From contig LODT01000042.1 in assembly GCA_001606155.1 (NCBI GenBank), positions 143,758 to 207,757 of the forward strand: a DNA stretch of 64,000 nt, written 5' to 3'. The notes beneath the pieces were generated by a model. It saw only the letters and a list, made by a program, of their open reading frames with translations. It had not been told where the DNA came from and ran no database searches. Numbering within the stretch: the stretch's first letter is position 1; every line of letters starts with the position of its first letter. Both the position numbers and the translations under genes were made by a program. Shown here in pieces: positions 21,894 through 33,361 of the stretch. The stretch comes from Tieghemostelium lacteum. Lineage: Eukaryota.

Positions 21894-24800
21894 TTATAGT
21901 AAAGTTTCTAAAGATTGTATAATTTTAGATAATTTTGATTTAAAACTATTAGTTGGTAAACTGTTTTCCTGATTGATTATAGAAATTATTTGTTTTTTAT
22001 CAATATCACCTAAAATGATATCATAGGCAAACTCAACTTTACCTCTAGGATAGGTAGATGGAATCTTAAAATGTAGTGAGATTTTCTTCATTGATAACAA
22101 ATTGGATAACTGTACTGAAATTGGAATATATTTTGAGGGTGATGATGATGAAGTGTTAAAACCACTACTTGTAAACTGATGATTGGATGCGGTGTTTGGT
22201 AATTTGGTGATATTGTAAAAGGTTTCCAATTGTTGAATCTCTCCCAAGAGTCTCTGGAAGGAGAACATCTCCATGGAAACATCTTGAATTATGGTACAAA
22301 GTTGTTTCAGTGATTTGGCAGACTTGATTTGTTGCTCAATTGCCAGTATCTCAAATACATCACTTTCGAATTTAGTGGTATTTGGTAACAGTTTAAATTG
22401 TATACTTGTAATGTTATTGTCACTGTTACTGTTGGGTGTGAAAAATGATTGTGTAGGATTGAGATCTAATTGCACATATACTTTAAAGTACTTGAGATAC
22501 TGCAGTTCCATAAGTTCATTAGTCAATTGAATGGTAACCCAACTAGAAAAGGATTGGATTAATTTACATGTTTCTTTGAGTTGCTCCAATTGCACTAATT
22601 TCTGTTGATTCTGTTTGGATGTGTCCATTTGTTGTTTCTTTTGTTTTATAGATTCCATTTTTGCAGTTTTCTCCTGAATCAACTGTTTCTCACGATTCTT
22701 CATATTCTGAATGACAGCAATCATTCCAAGTTCCTCTGTTTTCATTTGTTGAATACGTTCCAACATGACTTGTTGGTCCTTCTCCAACTCGGATTTTGAA
22801 CGAAGAATCTCCTGTTGAATAGCCTTCTCCAATTCATTTCTCCACTGTATATAAGTCAACTGAGTAGACAATTTCGATGTGTTTTTAATCTTCTTCAACA
22901 AGTGTTGTTTAGACAGTAAATCATCTTTAGTTGACAACTGAATATGTTGGAATATAGGTGGATTGTTTTTGGTAATGTGTTCCTCTTGCACTTTGTTATC
23001 CTCATTGATTTGATTAATCATACGTTTCAACTCCTCATATCCAGCCTTCAGAACATTCTTGTGTCTATTATGACTATAAACAGCAATCAATACCGATTTA
23101 AAATCAGTTTCAGAGTTCTCTTCTATATCAGTTGCCATATTCATACCAATCAATGATGATCTCTTTGACTTGAACGAATAGTCATCCATAAATCTACAAT
23201 TTGCCAGATAAATAAAGTCATTGAATGATATCAATTGTGGTACGCCAGACTGATCCAAATTCAACTTGTTCTGAATGGCATTATTAGTGTGATTCAAATC
23301 TTCCAATACCAGTGACTGAATTGGCTTCATATTAAAAGTCTCAGTCAACTGACCCATTTTACCATAGGCCTCTTCAATACTATCCATTTTTTTCTTGTCA
23401 TTTTGTTGTTGGGGTTGCTGTTTGGAAAGTACATTGGATTTTGCACCCTGACTATTCAGAATAGATCTATCAAAATTAATTTTACCATAGAGAAAAGAGT
23501 CATCATTTTCATTGGCTGTGAAGGATGGTGTGCATGTATACTGCTTCAATTGATTCTTTTTAGTTACAGATGTATTCTGTAGAGTAATCATCGACTCTGA
23601 TTCTTTAGGTATACCATTTTGGTTGGATGTTGGTTGTGTCATAAATGAAGTCAAGAGATTCTGCTCAAATTGAGATCCAGAGGTTAAATTTGAGTCTTTG
23701 GAGATATTCAAATCACTTTCATCTGAATTGGTGGTACTTTGTACTTGTTTGTTATTGTATGGTGATTTTGATAAATTGGTACTCTCCTGTAAAAGACCTT
23801 TTAGATTGTGGGTAATGTTACCATCGGCATGAAACTGGTTTTTGTTTTGAGCCAAACTTAGTCTTGATCTTGCAATTATAGCACCAATGTTCGTTTTGGT
23901 CAATGTCATATCTTGGATATCTTGCATTTCAGAATCGTCTTGATCACTATTGGAAGCAGCATTCTTTTGCAAGAGATTGCCGATATTGGTAGTGGCATAA
24001 TCTTGTAATAGCTCATTTAGGTTATTGGTATTCTCACTACTGCCTTTAGTCCACAACCCTATACTCTTACGCTGAGGTCTATGTTCTTGTTGTAGGATTT
24101 TACCTAGGGATTGAGTTATAGACATATCAGTAACATCACGATCTTTAAGTTCCTTTAGAGCATTGGCAGTGTTGTTGTACATTGACAACACCTTTCCAAG
24201 CGACTGTGTCATGGACATATCTTTAATATCTCTATCTTGTAGATCAGATACACTGGTATTTACAGGACTGGATTTATTAATCATTGATATAATTCTCCCA
24301 AGAGACTTTGTCATAGCCATGTCCTCAGCATCTGGATTATATTCATCATTTTCATCATCTTTAATGAGATTAGAGAGTTTTCCACCTGATCCCAATGTAC
24401 CATTACGTTGATGGAACATCACGGATTTATCCATATTTGGTGTGGTGCATTTAGATGAACTATTTGATTGTGATTCTTGAAATTGTTCAATCATCTCTTT
24501 TACATCTCCATTAGTTAAGTCCTCTTCTTGATTGGTTATCAAGTCATTTAAAGTTGGGATATTTGGAGATGATGGACTTTGTGATGGTGGTTTTGGTGAT
24601 ATTATAGTATCAGTTGAAGTTTCTATAATTGGTGAAGTGGAGTTGATGGAAAATGTTTGAAATGTTGAATTTAAATTTTTATTCACCAATTCGTCTTCAT
24701 CCTCTTCCTCTGCTAATAGTGAAGAGAGATTTCTTTGAATTGGAGTTAAAAGTGAAAGATTGCTACTATTGATGCTGGGGTTACTGCTATTGTTTGTTGA

Positions 24801-25586
24801 AAGACGAAGTTTTTTATGATTATTTGGAGAGTGAATTGAACTAGTATATACTTTAGAAATATCCATATCTTGGTACTCATCAGAGTTATCTTGAAGTTCT
24901 GAGTCATTTGGATACTCATATTTTGTAACTTCGTCGTCGTCGAGAATTGATTTTATAGAAGGTACTTTGAATACCACATCCTCTTTGGTATCGTCTTGAT
25001 CCTCTTGTTGACTTTCCTCAAATGTATTACTATTTGAAGACATTATACTAAGATCAGAATCGTCTACTCTTAACATTTGAATTTCATCTTTAACATAGGG
25101 TACAAATATTCTACCATAGGTAGCTGTCAAATCCATTGTCTGTTGATCTTTATCCATTACAGTAGACTCCTCATCGTCTCTCTCAAAGAAATTACCATGT
25201 TTATCCTCTTCTTTTATAGTTGGTATGTTATCTGTCTTATTTGTTGTAGATGTTGTTGTAGTTGTGGTTGATGTAGGTGATTGTTTCTTTGGAGATTGTA
25301 CTTTTTTACTATTTGTATTTGTCAATTGTTGATTAGACTGATTCTGTTGGTTCTCTTTACCACCACCACCATCATCATCCTCCTCAAATGACTTTCCAAA
25401 TGGTGTTGATGCTCTTCTACTTTTGTTATTTTCATTTGTCTTTTCAAAAATTCTAACTTCAATTGTATTTGCAAAACTAACTCTACCTAAAGACATTCTC
25501 GCATTTTTTCTTTTACTACCTTGAGAATTAGTAATCTTATCATTAAATAGATACTCCAATATTGAATATCTAAACATACTTATCAA
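21894..25586 (-). CDS. Candidate kinetochore scaffold KNL1/Spc105 ortholog (1230 aa).
   Basis: The N-terminus carries both PP1-docking motifs: RYSILEY (SILK-like) and GRVSFANTIEV (RVSF; compare human KNL1 RRVSFADTIKV). The middle has four repeats of a MELT-like motif followed by SLG (EDMAMTKSLGRII, KDMSMTQSLGKVL, TDMSITQSLGKIL, QDMTLTKTNIGAI). The C-terminus is coiled coil (EKQLIQEKTAKMESIKQKKQQ...) followed by a roughly 250-aa globular tail that could be an RWD domain. Confidence 0.55.
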   Translation of the reverse strand: MISMFRYSILEYLFNDKITNSQGSKRKNARMSLGRVSFANTIEVRIFEKTNENNKSRRASTPFGKSFEEDDDGGGGKENQQNQSNQQLTNTNSKKVQSPKKQSPTSTTTTTTSTTNKTDNIPTIKEEDKHGNFFERDDEESTVMDKDQQTMDLTATYGRIFVPYVKDEIQMLRVDDSDLSIMSSNSNTFEESQQEDQDDTKEDVVFKVPSIKSILDDDEVTKYEYPNDSELQDNSDEYQDMDISKVYTSSIHSPNNHKKLRLSTNNSSNPSINSSNLSLLTPIQRNLSSLLAEEEDEDELVNKNLNSTFQTFSINSTSPIIETSTDTIISPKPPSQSPSSPNIPTLNDLITNQEEDLTNGDVKEMIEQFQESQSNSSSKCTTPNMDKSVMFHQRNGTLGSGGKLSNLIKDDENDEYNPDAEDMAMTKSLGRIISMINKSSPVNTSVSDLQDRDIKDMSMTQSLGKVLSMYNNTANALKELKDRDVTDMSITQSLGKILQQEHRPQRKSIGLWTKGSSENTNNLNELLQDYATTNIGNLLQKNAASNSDQDDSEMQDIQDMTLTKTNIGAIIARSRLSLAQNKNQFHADGNITHNLKGLLQESTNLSKSPYNNKQVQSTTNSDESDLNISKDSNLTSGSQFEQNLLTSFMTQPTSNQNGIPKESESMITLQNTSVTKKNQLKQYTCTPSFTANENDDSFLYGKINFDRSILNSQGAKSNVLSKQQPQQQNDKKKMDSIEEAYGKMGQLTETFNMKPIQSLVLEDLNHTNNAIQNKLNLDQSGVPQLISFNDFIYLANCRFMDDYSFKSKRSSLIGMNMATDIEENSETDFKSVLIAVYSHNRHKNVLKAGYEELKRMINQINEDNKVQEEHITKNNPPIFQHIQLSTKDDLLSKQHLLKKIKNTSKLSTQLTYIQWRNELEKAIQQEILRSKSELEKDQQVMLERIQQMKTEELGMIAVIQNMKNREKQLIQEKTAKMESIKQKKQQMDTSKQNQQKLVQLEQLKETCKLIQSFSSWVTIQLTNELMELQYLKYFKVYVQLDLNPTQSFFTPNSNSDNNITSIQFKLLPNTTKFESDVFEILAIEQQIKSAKSLKQLCTIIQDVSMEMFSFQRLLGEIQQLETFYNITKLPNTASNHQFTSSGFNTSSSSPSKYIPISVQLSNLLSMKKISLHFKIPSTYPRGKVEFAYDIILGDIDKKQIISIINQENSLPTNSFKSKLSKIIQSLETLL

Positions 25587-26366
25587 TTACATAATCATCA
25601 TTTTGTTCTTTTTTAATCTTATCTGATTTTGATAAATAATTTAAATTTTCTGTTTTATTTTTATCTCTATTGCCTGCAATAGAAGATCTTTTTTTTGTAT
25701 TTTTATTCTTATTATTCATTCTATATACATTCAGGATTAATTTAAAAAATAAAAACAAATATTTATTAATTTAAACCGTTTTATTTTATTTTTTTTAAAT
25801 TTTCAAAAAAGGGCGGGATCAGGAAAAAATATCTTAAATAAAAACTTTATAAATTTCAAATACTTTAAATATTTTTATATCATAAAAATTATTTATATAA
25901 CAATAAATCAAATTTCAATAAATTTAAAGGAAATTTCAAGAATATTTGTGACAAATGTATTATCAAAATTCTGTCACACATATTTTTTTTATTATTAGTT
26001 GATTAATCACATTTAAGACTTATTTGCTCTTAAATTAAAAAAGATATAGCTCAATTCCATATTTCTTCATAGAAAAACTATAGAAGAAAGCCTTATCGAT
26101 CTTGCTCAAACCTGAAAAAATCTATTTTTTTGTGAATTTGAGAACTGTTTGTGATTCTTAAAAAAAATAATTTCAAGAAATGTGGAAAAAAAATTAATAT
26201 AAATAATTAAAAAGTGAAGGTTTATTTTCATTAAATCAACAACTTTTAAGTGTACCATTACAATTAACACTCATTCTATTTTTGTATTACCATTTATCTA
26301 TTTCCTTTTAAAGACATTAAATTTTTTTTTTTACAAATAATCCTTCCTAAAATCTCAAACTATAAT
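25587..26366. promoter_or_regulatory. Divergent AT-rich intergenic region shared by the KNL1-like gene (minus strand) and the secreted deaminase gene (plus strand).
   Basis: The region is about 780 bp of more than 85% AT between two divergently oriented start codons. It contains homopolymer A/T tracts and one isolated GC-rich element (GGGCGGGATCAGG at about 25811). Confidence 0.3.
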
Positions 26367-27041
26367 ATGAAATCAACTTGTTTATTAGTATTATTAGCTG
26401 CTATGGTAGCTATCTCAGCTGCACATGAATATAAAGCTCCATGGGTTGAAATTGATCCATCTTATGTCTACAGACCAAAAGATCTCAGACAATCTGAAAG
26501 ACTCTTCCATGAAGCCAAAATGAAGGAAATTATCGATCATGCCATTTCTAAAGGTTCAGTTTTTGCTTCCTCTGTTGTAAATGCCACTTCAGGTCAAACC
26601 ATCTGTATCAATACCAATGCTGTAGGTGCCAAAAAAGATATGACCCAACACGGTGAAATTGTAGTTATGCAAAACTGTTCTTCAATCTACGGTCTCTTTG
26701 ACTGGACTGGTTTCTATTTGTACACTACCGGTGAATCATGTCCAATGTGTCAATCAGCTGCCATGTGGAACAGATACTCTAAAATCATTTTTGGATCTTC
26801 CATTAAATTCCTCTATTGCAATCACTGCCAATCACAAATTCTCATTGAATCTCAAGTCATCAACTCAATGGGCTATGGATTAAACGATTTTGGTGAATAC
26901 GTTCCAGCTCAAATCATTGGTGGAATCTTGGAAGAAAATACCAACTCTCTCTTCAAAAACTACTGTAACCCAGGTCCAAACGACACCAACTCTCAATCTG
27001 TCCACCCAGCTTGTTTGACAGACTCTGATGACGACAATTAA
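26367..27041 (+). CDS. Secreted cytidine/deoxycytidylate-deaminase-fold (TadA/guanine-deaminase-like) zinc deaminase.
   Basis: There is a signal peptide (MKSTCLLVLLAAMVAISAA). The CDA zinc-binding signature is present: HGEIVVM (H[AG]E) and then TGESCPMCQSAAMWNRYSKIIFGS (compare TadA [24 protein letters not shown]). The C-terminus has an acidic tail. No intron is required. Confidence 0.7.
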   Translation: MKSTCLLVLLAAMVAISAAHEYKAPWVEIDPSYVYRPKDLRQSERLFHEAKMKEIIDHAISKGSVFASSVVNATSGQTICINTNAVGAKKDMTQHGEIVVMQNCSSIYGLFDWTGFYLYTTGESCPMCQSAAMWNRYSKIIFGSSIKFLYCNHCQSQILIESQVINSMGYGLNDFGEYVPAQIIGGILEENTNSLFKNYCNPGPNDTNSQSVHPACLTDSDDDN

Positions 27042-27366
27042 ATAATTTTACAATTCGATCGACCACAATAATTAAATCTTTTCAAATAAATAAAAATATA
27101 TAAAGATTTTTTTAAAAGTTTAAAGATTGCTCTATAGTTTGATATGAGTATATTCTGAATGAATGGAAATGTAATGTAATATTAGTTTTTATACTTTCCA
27201 AAAACTCGTAAAAGTAATCCTTCTATTAACCAATCTTCAAAATTATCAAGCCAGTAGTACTTACATATCTATCATTGTTTTACTTGAAACTATATTCTTA
27301 CCATACTGTATTTATAAATTATTAGAGTTAATTTCATAGTTGGTAAATAGATTTGATATGTACAAT

Positions 27367-28461
27367 TTATTTAATGGACAAGAATTTCAAACAAACTGGT
27401 TTTTCAAGTTGAATGTCTTTGTTGATGTTATTTAATATGCCAGTATTGTTGATTTGAAATATTTGGATTTGATTAGAATCTCTGTTGGCAACCAGAAGGT
27501 ATTTTCCATTAGGTGTAATGATGAAATTTCTTGGATGTATGCCAGTTGGTTGATACCCAATTTTGGTTAATTTACCATCTGAGGAGTTGATAGAGAATAT
27601 GGAAATACCATCACCTTTCAGTCGATGAGATGTGTAGAGGAATTTTCCATCTGGAGTACAATGAATATCTGCACTACCTTGTGCATGGAACTCATCAGCC
27701 TCCAAAGACTGAATCTCTACAAGATCACCATTGTCAGAGACATATTGGAATACCACAACTGTACCTGACAGTTCATTTAATAGATAAGCATACTTTCCCG
27801 ATGGATGAAACTCCATGTGTCTTGGACCTGACCCTGGAGACAATTGAAAATATTCAATAGGTTCGGGTTTCAAAAACTGTGATTTCTCAACCTGTGATGT
27901 TATAAACTTATGAATTCTATCCGATCCCAAATCCATTGCATAAACGTACTTTCCATCACCTGGTGAAGGTACTACACAATGTAAATGTGGTGATTTTTGT
28001 CTGGGATCTGGTCCTGATCCTTGAAATTTCAATAATTCAATTTTACTACTAACATCTATACTTCCATCAGTTGACAATGTAAAAGCAGTAACGCTTCCAC
28101 CTGTATAATTTGCAGTTACCAAATGTCTATTGACTTTATCAGCAATGATATAGCATGGATCCTCACCTTGTGTCAATTGTTTATTCAGGAATTTTAGTGT
28201 GCCTTGTTGTTTGTCAAATGAAAATGAATTTGCAGAGGCAGTAGTCAAATCACCAGTTTCAGTAACTGCATAAACAAACTTTTCGTCTAGACTATAGGTC
28301 AAATAAGATGGGTTCTCAATTTCAGTCATACTAATGTACTTTGATTCACCACTCTCAATATCTATCTTGTATACATAAATTCCTTTACTACTACTACCAT
28401 TTGTGTAGGTTCCAACTAACATATACATTGAATTTTCCATTTGATGAACTGAAAAAAACAT
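27367..28461 (-). CDS. 6-phosphogluconolactonase-like 7-bladed beta-propeller lactonase (Pgl/YbhE family).
   Basis: The ORF has the family's repeated blade motifs, for example GSGPRHMEFHPSGKYAYLLNELSGTV, GSGPDPRQKSPHLHCVVPSPGDGKYVYAMDLGSDRI and HPRNFIITPNGKYLLVANRDSN. It is about 360 aa. Confidence 0.8.
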   Translation of the reverse strand: MFFSVHQMENSMYMLVGTYTNGSSSKGIYVYKIDIESGESKYISMTEIENPSYLTYSLDEKFVYAVTETGDLTTASANSFSFDKQQGTLKFLNKQLTQGEDPCYIIADKVNRHLVTANYTGGSVTAFTLSTDGSIDVSSKIELLKFQGSGPDPRQKSPHLHCVVPSPGDGKYVYAMDLGSDRIHKFITSQVEKSQFLKPEPIEYFQLSPGSGPRHMEFHPSGKYAYLLNELSGTVVVFQYVSDNGDLVEIQSLEADEFHAQGSADIHCTPDGKFLYTSHRLKGDGISIFSINSSDGKLTKIGYQPTGIHPRNFIITPNGKYLLVANRDSNQIQIFQINNTGILNNINKDIQLEKPVCLKFLSIK

Positions 28462-28910
28462 TAAATTTTTTTTAATGTATCATTTTTACAACAAAAAAAC
28501 AGTGTTATTACTGCATCGGTGATAACAAAAAATTTAAAGACAATCGCATTGATTATATATCAAATCACATGAATAAATATATTTTAGTTATAACAATTCA
28601 TAAACCTTCTATTTATTCATTTCTTATCAATCTATTTAATGATAAAATCACATACTAAAAATTAATAAAACATTCAAAAAATATAAATTTTTTTATAATA
28701 CATAAAAAATTTGTTATTTCTAATGACAGACTCAAATATAACACACATTACAGATAATTTAAGCAAATTAAAGAGTAAGTTTACAGAAATAACATCTGAA
28801 GAAATTTTGCATATACTAAATAATAAAAAAAAGTAATAGAAAATGCAGAAATAAGAGCCGCACTAGATCAAGCTTACAATTTATCTTCTGTATTTGAAAA
28901 AAGTGCATAT

Positions 28911-30229
28911 TTGTCAAGTGCAACAAAGGATATATATTCCAATGCTCTCACAAAAGCAAAGAAGTATGCAAAGAAAATTAATTTTGAAAAACAGGACGAA
29001 TATGTACACCTGCTCAACACACATAATTCTTACATTATAAAAGCAAAAAGACTGGAAATTGTGAATTTTATTAAAGAAACCAAGAAAATTTTTGATCAAG
29101 AGAACCCAAGTGAAAATATACCACAACCCATTAATCATGAACACGCATATATCATACTCACTGAAAACAATTCATTAAAGCCATGGGTTACAGAAATTTT
29201 AAAGGGTTTAAATGTATCCAGGTGGTATATTGATATTCGTCACAAAATTATTCTTTTTTCTAATATGGAAAAAGACCAATTTTATACCCAATTGTCTACC
29301 AAATTGGCCAATAGGATTAATTTTACCCCTACAGTATCACAAGATTCATTTATCTTTCAACAGGGTACAGATATCCCTATAGTAGAAATTGAAACCCACA
29401 AAGGTGGGGATGCTTTTCCAGCTACAGTTGCATGTAACCATCACCCAAATTCACGTCAGAACAAGAATGGTACTCTGGGGAGGCATCATGAAGATTAAAG
29501 TCCTTAATGTTGAACATTTTTATTTTGTTACAGCAGCTCATGTTGTATTGCCAAATGAAATGTCAACAAGATGTCAGAGAACCACATGAGTACCAAGGTA
29601 GCTATTATTATTATAATAGTCATGCTGATTGCGCCTTTATTAGGCTATCTACTCCGCCCATTGAGAATATGATGAACCCTTGCTGTTCCGAAGGTTCTCC
29701 TGACTTGTTCCCAGATGGTTTTGCGTACCCACGTGAGACACCAAATAATGGAAATAGCTATTATTATCAAATTATTAATCCAATGACACTGGAGCCAGGG
29801 ACAGAAATTGTAAAGCTAGGTAATATTTCTGGTTTTACAAAAGGATTATTTCATGCTCGTCATAGTGGAACAGTAACTGAAACAAACGCAGATCATACAG
29901 TCTGTCTTTATACTGATAAAATGATTATCAAACCTATTTTTTATCCCTTTACTGAAGGTGGTGATAGTGGTAGTATATACTATGCTGTATGTGGTAATGT
30001 AATGTACCCAGTTGCTGTACACAATACTGCATTTCGGTTCATTGAACCAGGAGGAGTGGTTTTTAGGGCATCAGCAGGTACTATCTTATTTCAACTTATA
30101 GAAGACCTCTGCCAAAGAATATCAGATCAATTAAATGATGTAGATCTAGGAGACGTAACAGAGTTTGATGGCAACTTGGTTAAACCATACTGGTCAAAAC
30201 AAATTTCTTTGAACCCGGAGACTATATAA
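28911..30229 (+). CDS. Possible chymotrypsin-fold serine-protease-like gene. It is interrupted or frameshifted, and its function is uncertain.
   Basis: A His-motif-like FVTAAHVV lies at about 29548 in frame 1. A Ser-motif-like EGGDSGSIYY lies about 136 aa downstream in frame 3, which is trypsin-like spacing. No canonical intron explains the frame change between 29545 and 29580. The upstream ORF 28911..29498 is of unknown function. Confidence 0.3.
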
Positions 30230-30641
30230 AATTTGAAGGTTAATAGTTAACCTTCATTTTTTAATCAAAAAAATAAAACTCCAAGTTCAACTTCTGTATC
30301 TTTTTATCTCTTTTATAAAGAGAAGTTTAATGATTATTTACACCTATTCCAGTTTATCTTTATGACCAAATCTGCAAATAATACTGAATTGATTTTTATA
30401 AAATGATTTCAAGAATAGAAATAATTGAATTAATTATATACATACAGTTAATTGTTGAATAGAAAGAAAAAGATGAGAATAATTTATATTTTGATAATTT
30501 ACAATTTATTTTGGAATTCTTAAGAATGATTAATTATTAAGAGCTGAAAGTGTGTGGTATTTTATATTGTTGTTGAAAAAATTATTGAAAATATTGTATA
30601 CAGTGATTTTCATTTAACCAATTTTAAAGTTGAAGATGTGT

Positions 30642-33361
30642 TTAGAAATCTTCTTCATTGTCAGTTTGTGGAACATTGATTCCGTTACCAATCAAACCAT
30701 TAGCAGTGTTGAAGAGATTGATTGGAGAGGAGCCATCAGTAATCATAAATGATTTAAGACCCAAACCTTGTAATAATTTAGCTTGCATTTCTGGACCGGC
30801 TTGAGCAATGGATTTGATGGTTTCAGTACCAAGAGATTCAACAATATTGGCGAAACGTGAGACTTCAATTTCAGCTTGTTCAGTGGTCTTGGAGATCTCC
30901 AATTTGTTCAAGTTCTTAATGTGTTCCAATTCGACTTGTTGTTTGGCTTTGGTTTGTTCCAAGAGAGCATTGGCTTCAATTTCTGAGGCTTTGGTGGCGA
31001 GTTTAGCTTGTTTGATTTCAGATTCAGCAGCAATCAAAGTGGCTTCAGCAGTAGCACGAGCTTCAGCAATAGCTTGACCGGTAGACTCGACAGTTGCAGA
31101 TTGAGCTTGCAATTGAATCAATTTAGCACGAGATTCTTCAGCTTTAGCTTCATCGACAATCTTTTGTCTTTCGAGTTCACCACGGGCCATTTGTTCCAAA
31201 CGTTCAGCTTCTTGTCTAGCAGTGGCTTCTTGTGATTTGGTGGTAATTTCAATAGCCAATTGGACGGATTTTTGGAGTGAGTCCAAGGTTCTTTGATCGA
31301 TTGGTTCGACGGATTGGATATCAATGTTTTCAATGGATAAACCAGAGTTTTCAAAGTAGAGACTATTGTTTGGTTTACCATCTTCGTTCTTACCAAAGAC
31401 AGCCAATTGAATGATTTCACTGGAGTGTTTGTGGAAGTCATCGAAAGTGGATGCAGCGACGGCAGCTCTGACTAATGAACCAGTGGCTTTACAAAGGTCA
31501 CCAGTGAAATCAGAGGTTGAGAACAATTTATATGGGTTCTTTGGATCAATGATAAATCTCCAATTGTAGGATAATTTCAAAGAGAGACGAGCATGATCAG
31601 AGGTTTCGACAGTGATGAGATCAGTCATGAAATCTGGACCCAAGAACAAGGCAAGAGAACGAATGTGGTTTGGTCTCTTTGGAATCTTACCAGAGAGGGA
31701 GAGAACAGTGAATTCTTCATCTGGGGCTAACATGACAAGCTCTGGACCAAAGACAACACGAGCAACTTTCTTTCTGAAATCAAAGATTTGGACAGCGGCA
31801 TTATGTGGTACACGGTAAGTAACGACTTTAGATGGGTCTCTTTCAGTTTCATTGTGTTCTTCGTTCATATCACGAGTAGCAGATTTCTTGAGGAGGTCTT
31901 CGACGATTGGTGGTAATGGTTTGTTCCAACGTTCTTCGTTGGCTAATAACATGTATGAGCTACCAACTTGAGCACGGACTTTACCAGTCTTAATATCACG
32001 AACGTAGATACCTTCATTAACATCCAATGGGATTCTCTTACGTCTTTCGACAATTTCAACTTGGATTTGTGGAATGTAGTCACATGGACCGTAGATCATC
32101 CAGAGGTCACCTGGTTTGTGGACGGTTTCCTCTTTACCTTTCTTTTCAACAAAGAGTTCTTTGGCGGAGAGTAAGAGAGCTTCGTCTTCGGAAAGGACAT
32201 AGACGTTTTGGATACCGTTGACTAAGGACTCACCTGGGAGCAAGAAGAAGGTTCTGTCACCTTGGAGTAACTCTCTGTGACCAAGTCTGTTCTTGCCAGT
32301 CTTTGGATCAACTGGGTTCTCAACAACACAGTATTGTCTGTTGGTTAAAGTGATAGCTTTGATATCACGAACAACTTTTTCATGGACATCTGGGATATAG
32401 GTATCACAGTCGTTTTGAGTGATGATCCATTCCTCACCAGCTTTTCTGGATTTTCCAAAGACATCAACAAATGAACGTAAGGCCAATAATTGATATGAAA
32501 TACGGTCAGTAAGGACCAAGGCATTGATAACACCAACAATCTCTTCATTGACACCTGGGAGATAGGCACCAGAGTCTCTGACTAACCATTCATCACCTGG
32601 GTGGTGTTGGACACCTTTTTTATCAACAAAGCCCAAACGAGCCTTTAATTTGAGTGCAGAGTTTTCCTTGATAATGACTGCTTTGACACCTTCGACAATT
32701 TGAACTTCAACACGTGGGTAATATGTACCTGGACCTTCAAAGAGCCATTCATCACCAGCTTGTCTCTTGATGACATCCTTTTTGTTTGCTTGTTGTTCGT
32801 CAAAGTCACGGAGACATTTCAAACGAAGAGCAGTGTTGGCTTGTACGACTTGTAATGGAACTGGTTGACTGACCAAAACCTCACCTGGATATAATGGGAA
32901 TGGGTCTTGAGAGAAACGAATCTCTTGTTCACCGTGTCTTAATTTTGGTTGATTGAATTGATCCAATACCAATTTTTTGTTTTCATTTCTGATTACTGGG
33001 TTTTCAATGGTACAGTAATTTCTTGGTGGGATCAAAATCATTGGTAATGGATTTGGGTGTAATACTCTCTCATGATCAAATCTAGTAAATGTTTGTGGAC
33101 CAACTTCAACTCTGGTTACATATGTATTATTATCTAATACCTAAATATAGTAAATATTAAAAGATTAATTAATAATTGTTTGTTTTTTTCTTTGAGATAA
33201 AAGTGAACAAAAGCTTCAATTAAATCTATTTTTAATTTTATAAATCTTTTAAGAGGGTGTGTTTTGATCATTTTTCTAATGTTATAATGATTACTTACAT
33301 GAATGTATTGATGTGGTTTAATTCTGATAACAGTTGAACCTGGAGTAGTGGATGTTGCCAT
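30642..33361 (-). CDS. Major vault protein (MVP). Exons are about 30642..33140 and 33299..33361, separated by a 158-nt intron.
   Basis: Exon 1 reads [21 protein letters not shown] followed by a GTAAGT donor. Exon 2 begins [27 protein letters not shown], and MVP vault repeats follow. The C-terminal coiled coil (...[27 protein letters not shown]...) is typical of the MVP cap-helix. Codon GC content is elevated, as expected for a highly expressed gene. Confidence 0.9.

Noticed and set aside
25805-25825. An isolated GC-rich element GGGCGGGATCAGG in an otherwise AT-rich intergenic region
   Set aside because: It is too short and unrepeated to call a regulatory site or RNA gene, so it is only mentioned within the divergent promoter feature.
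27850-27875. The sequence GGTTCGGGTTTC, which resembles a tRNA B-box
   Set aside because: It is within the lactonase coding region on the opposite strand, and no cloverleaf can be drawn.
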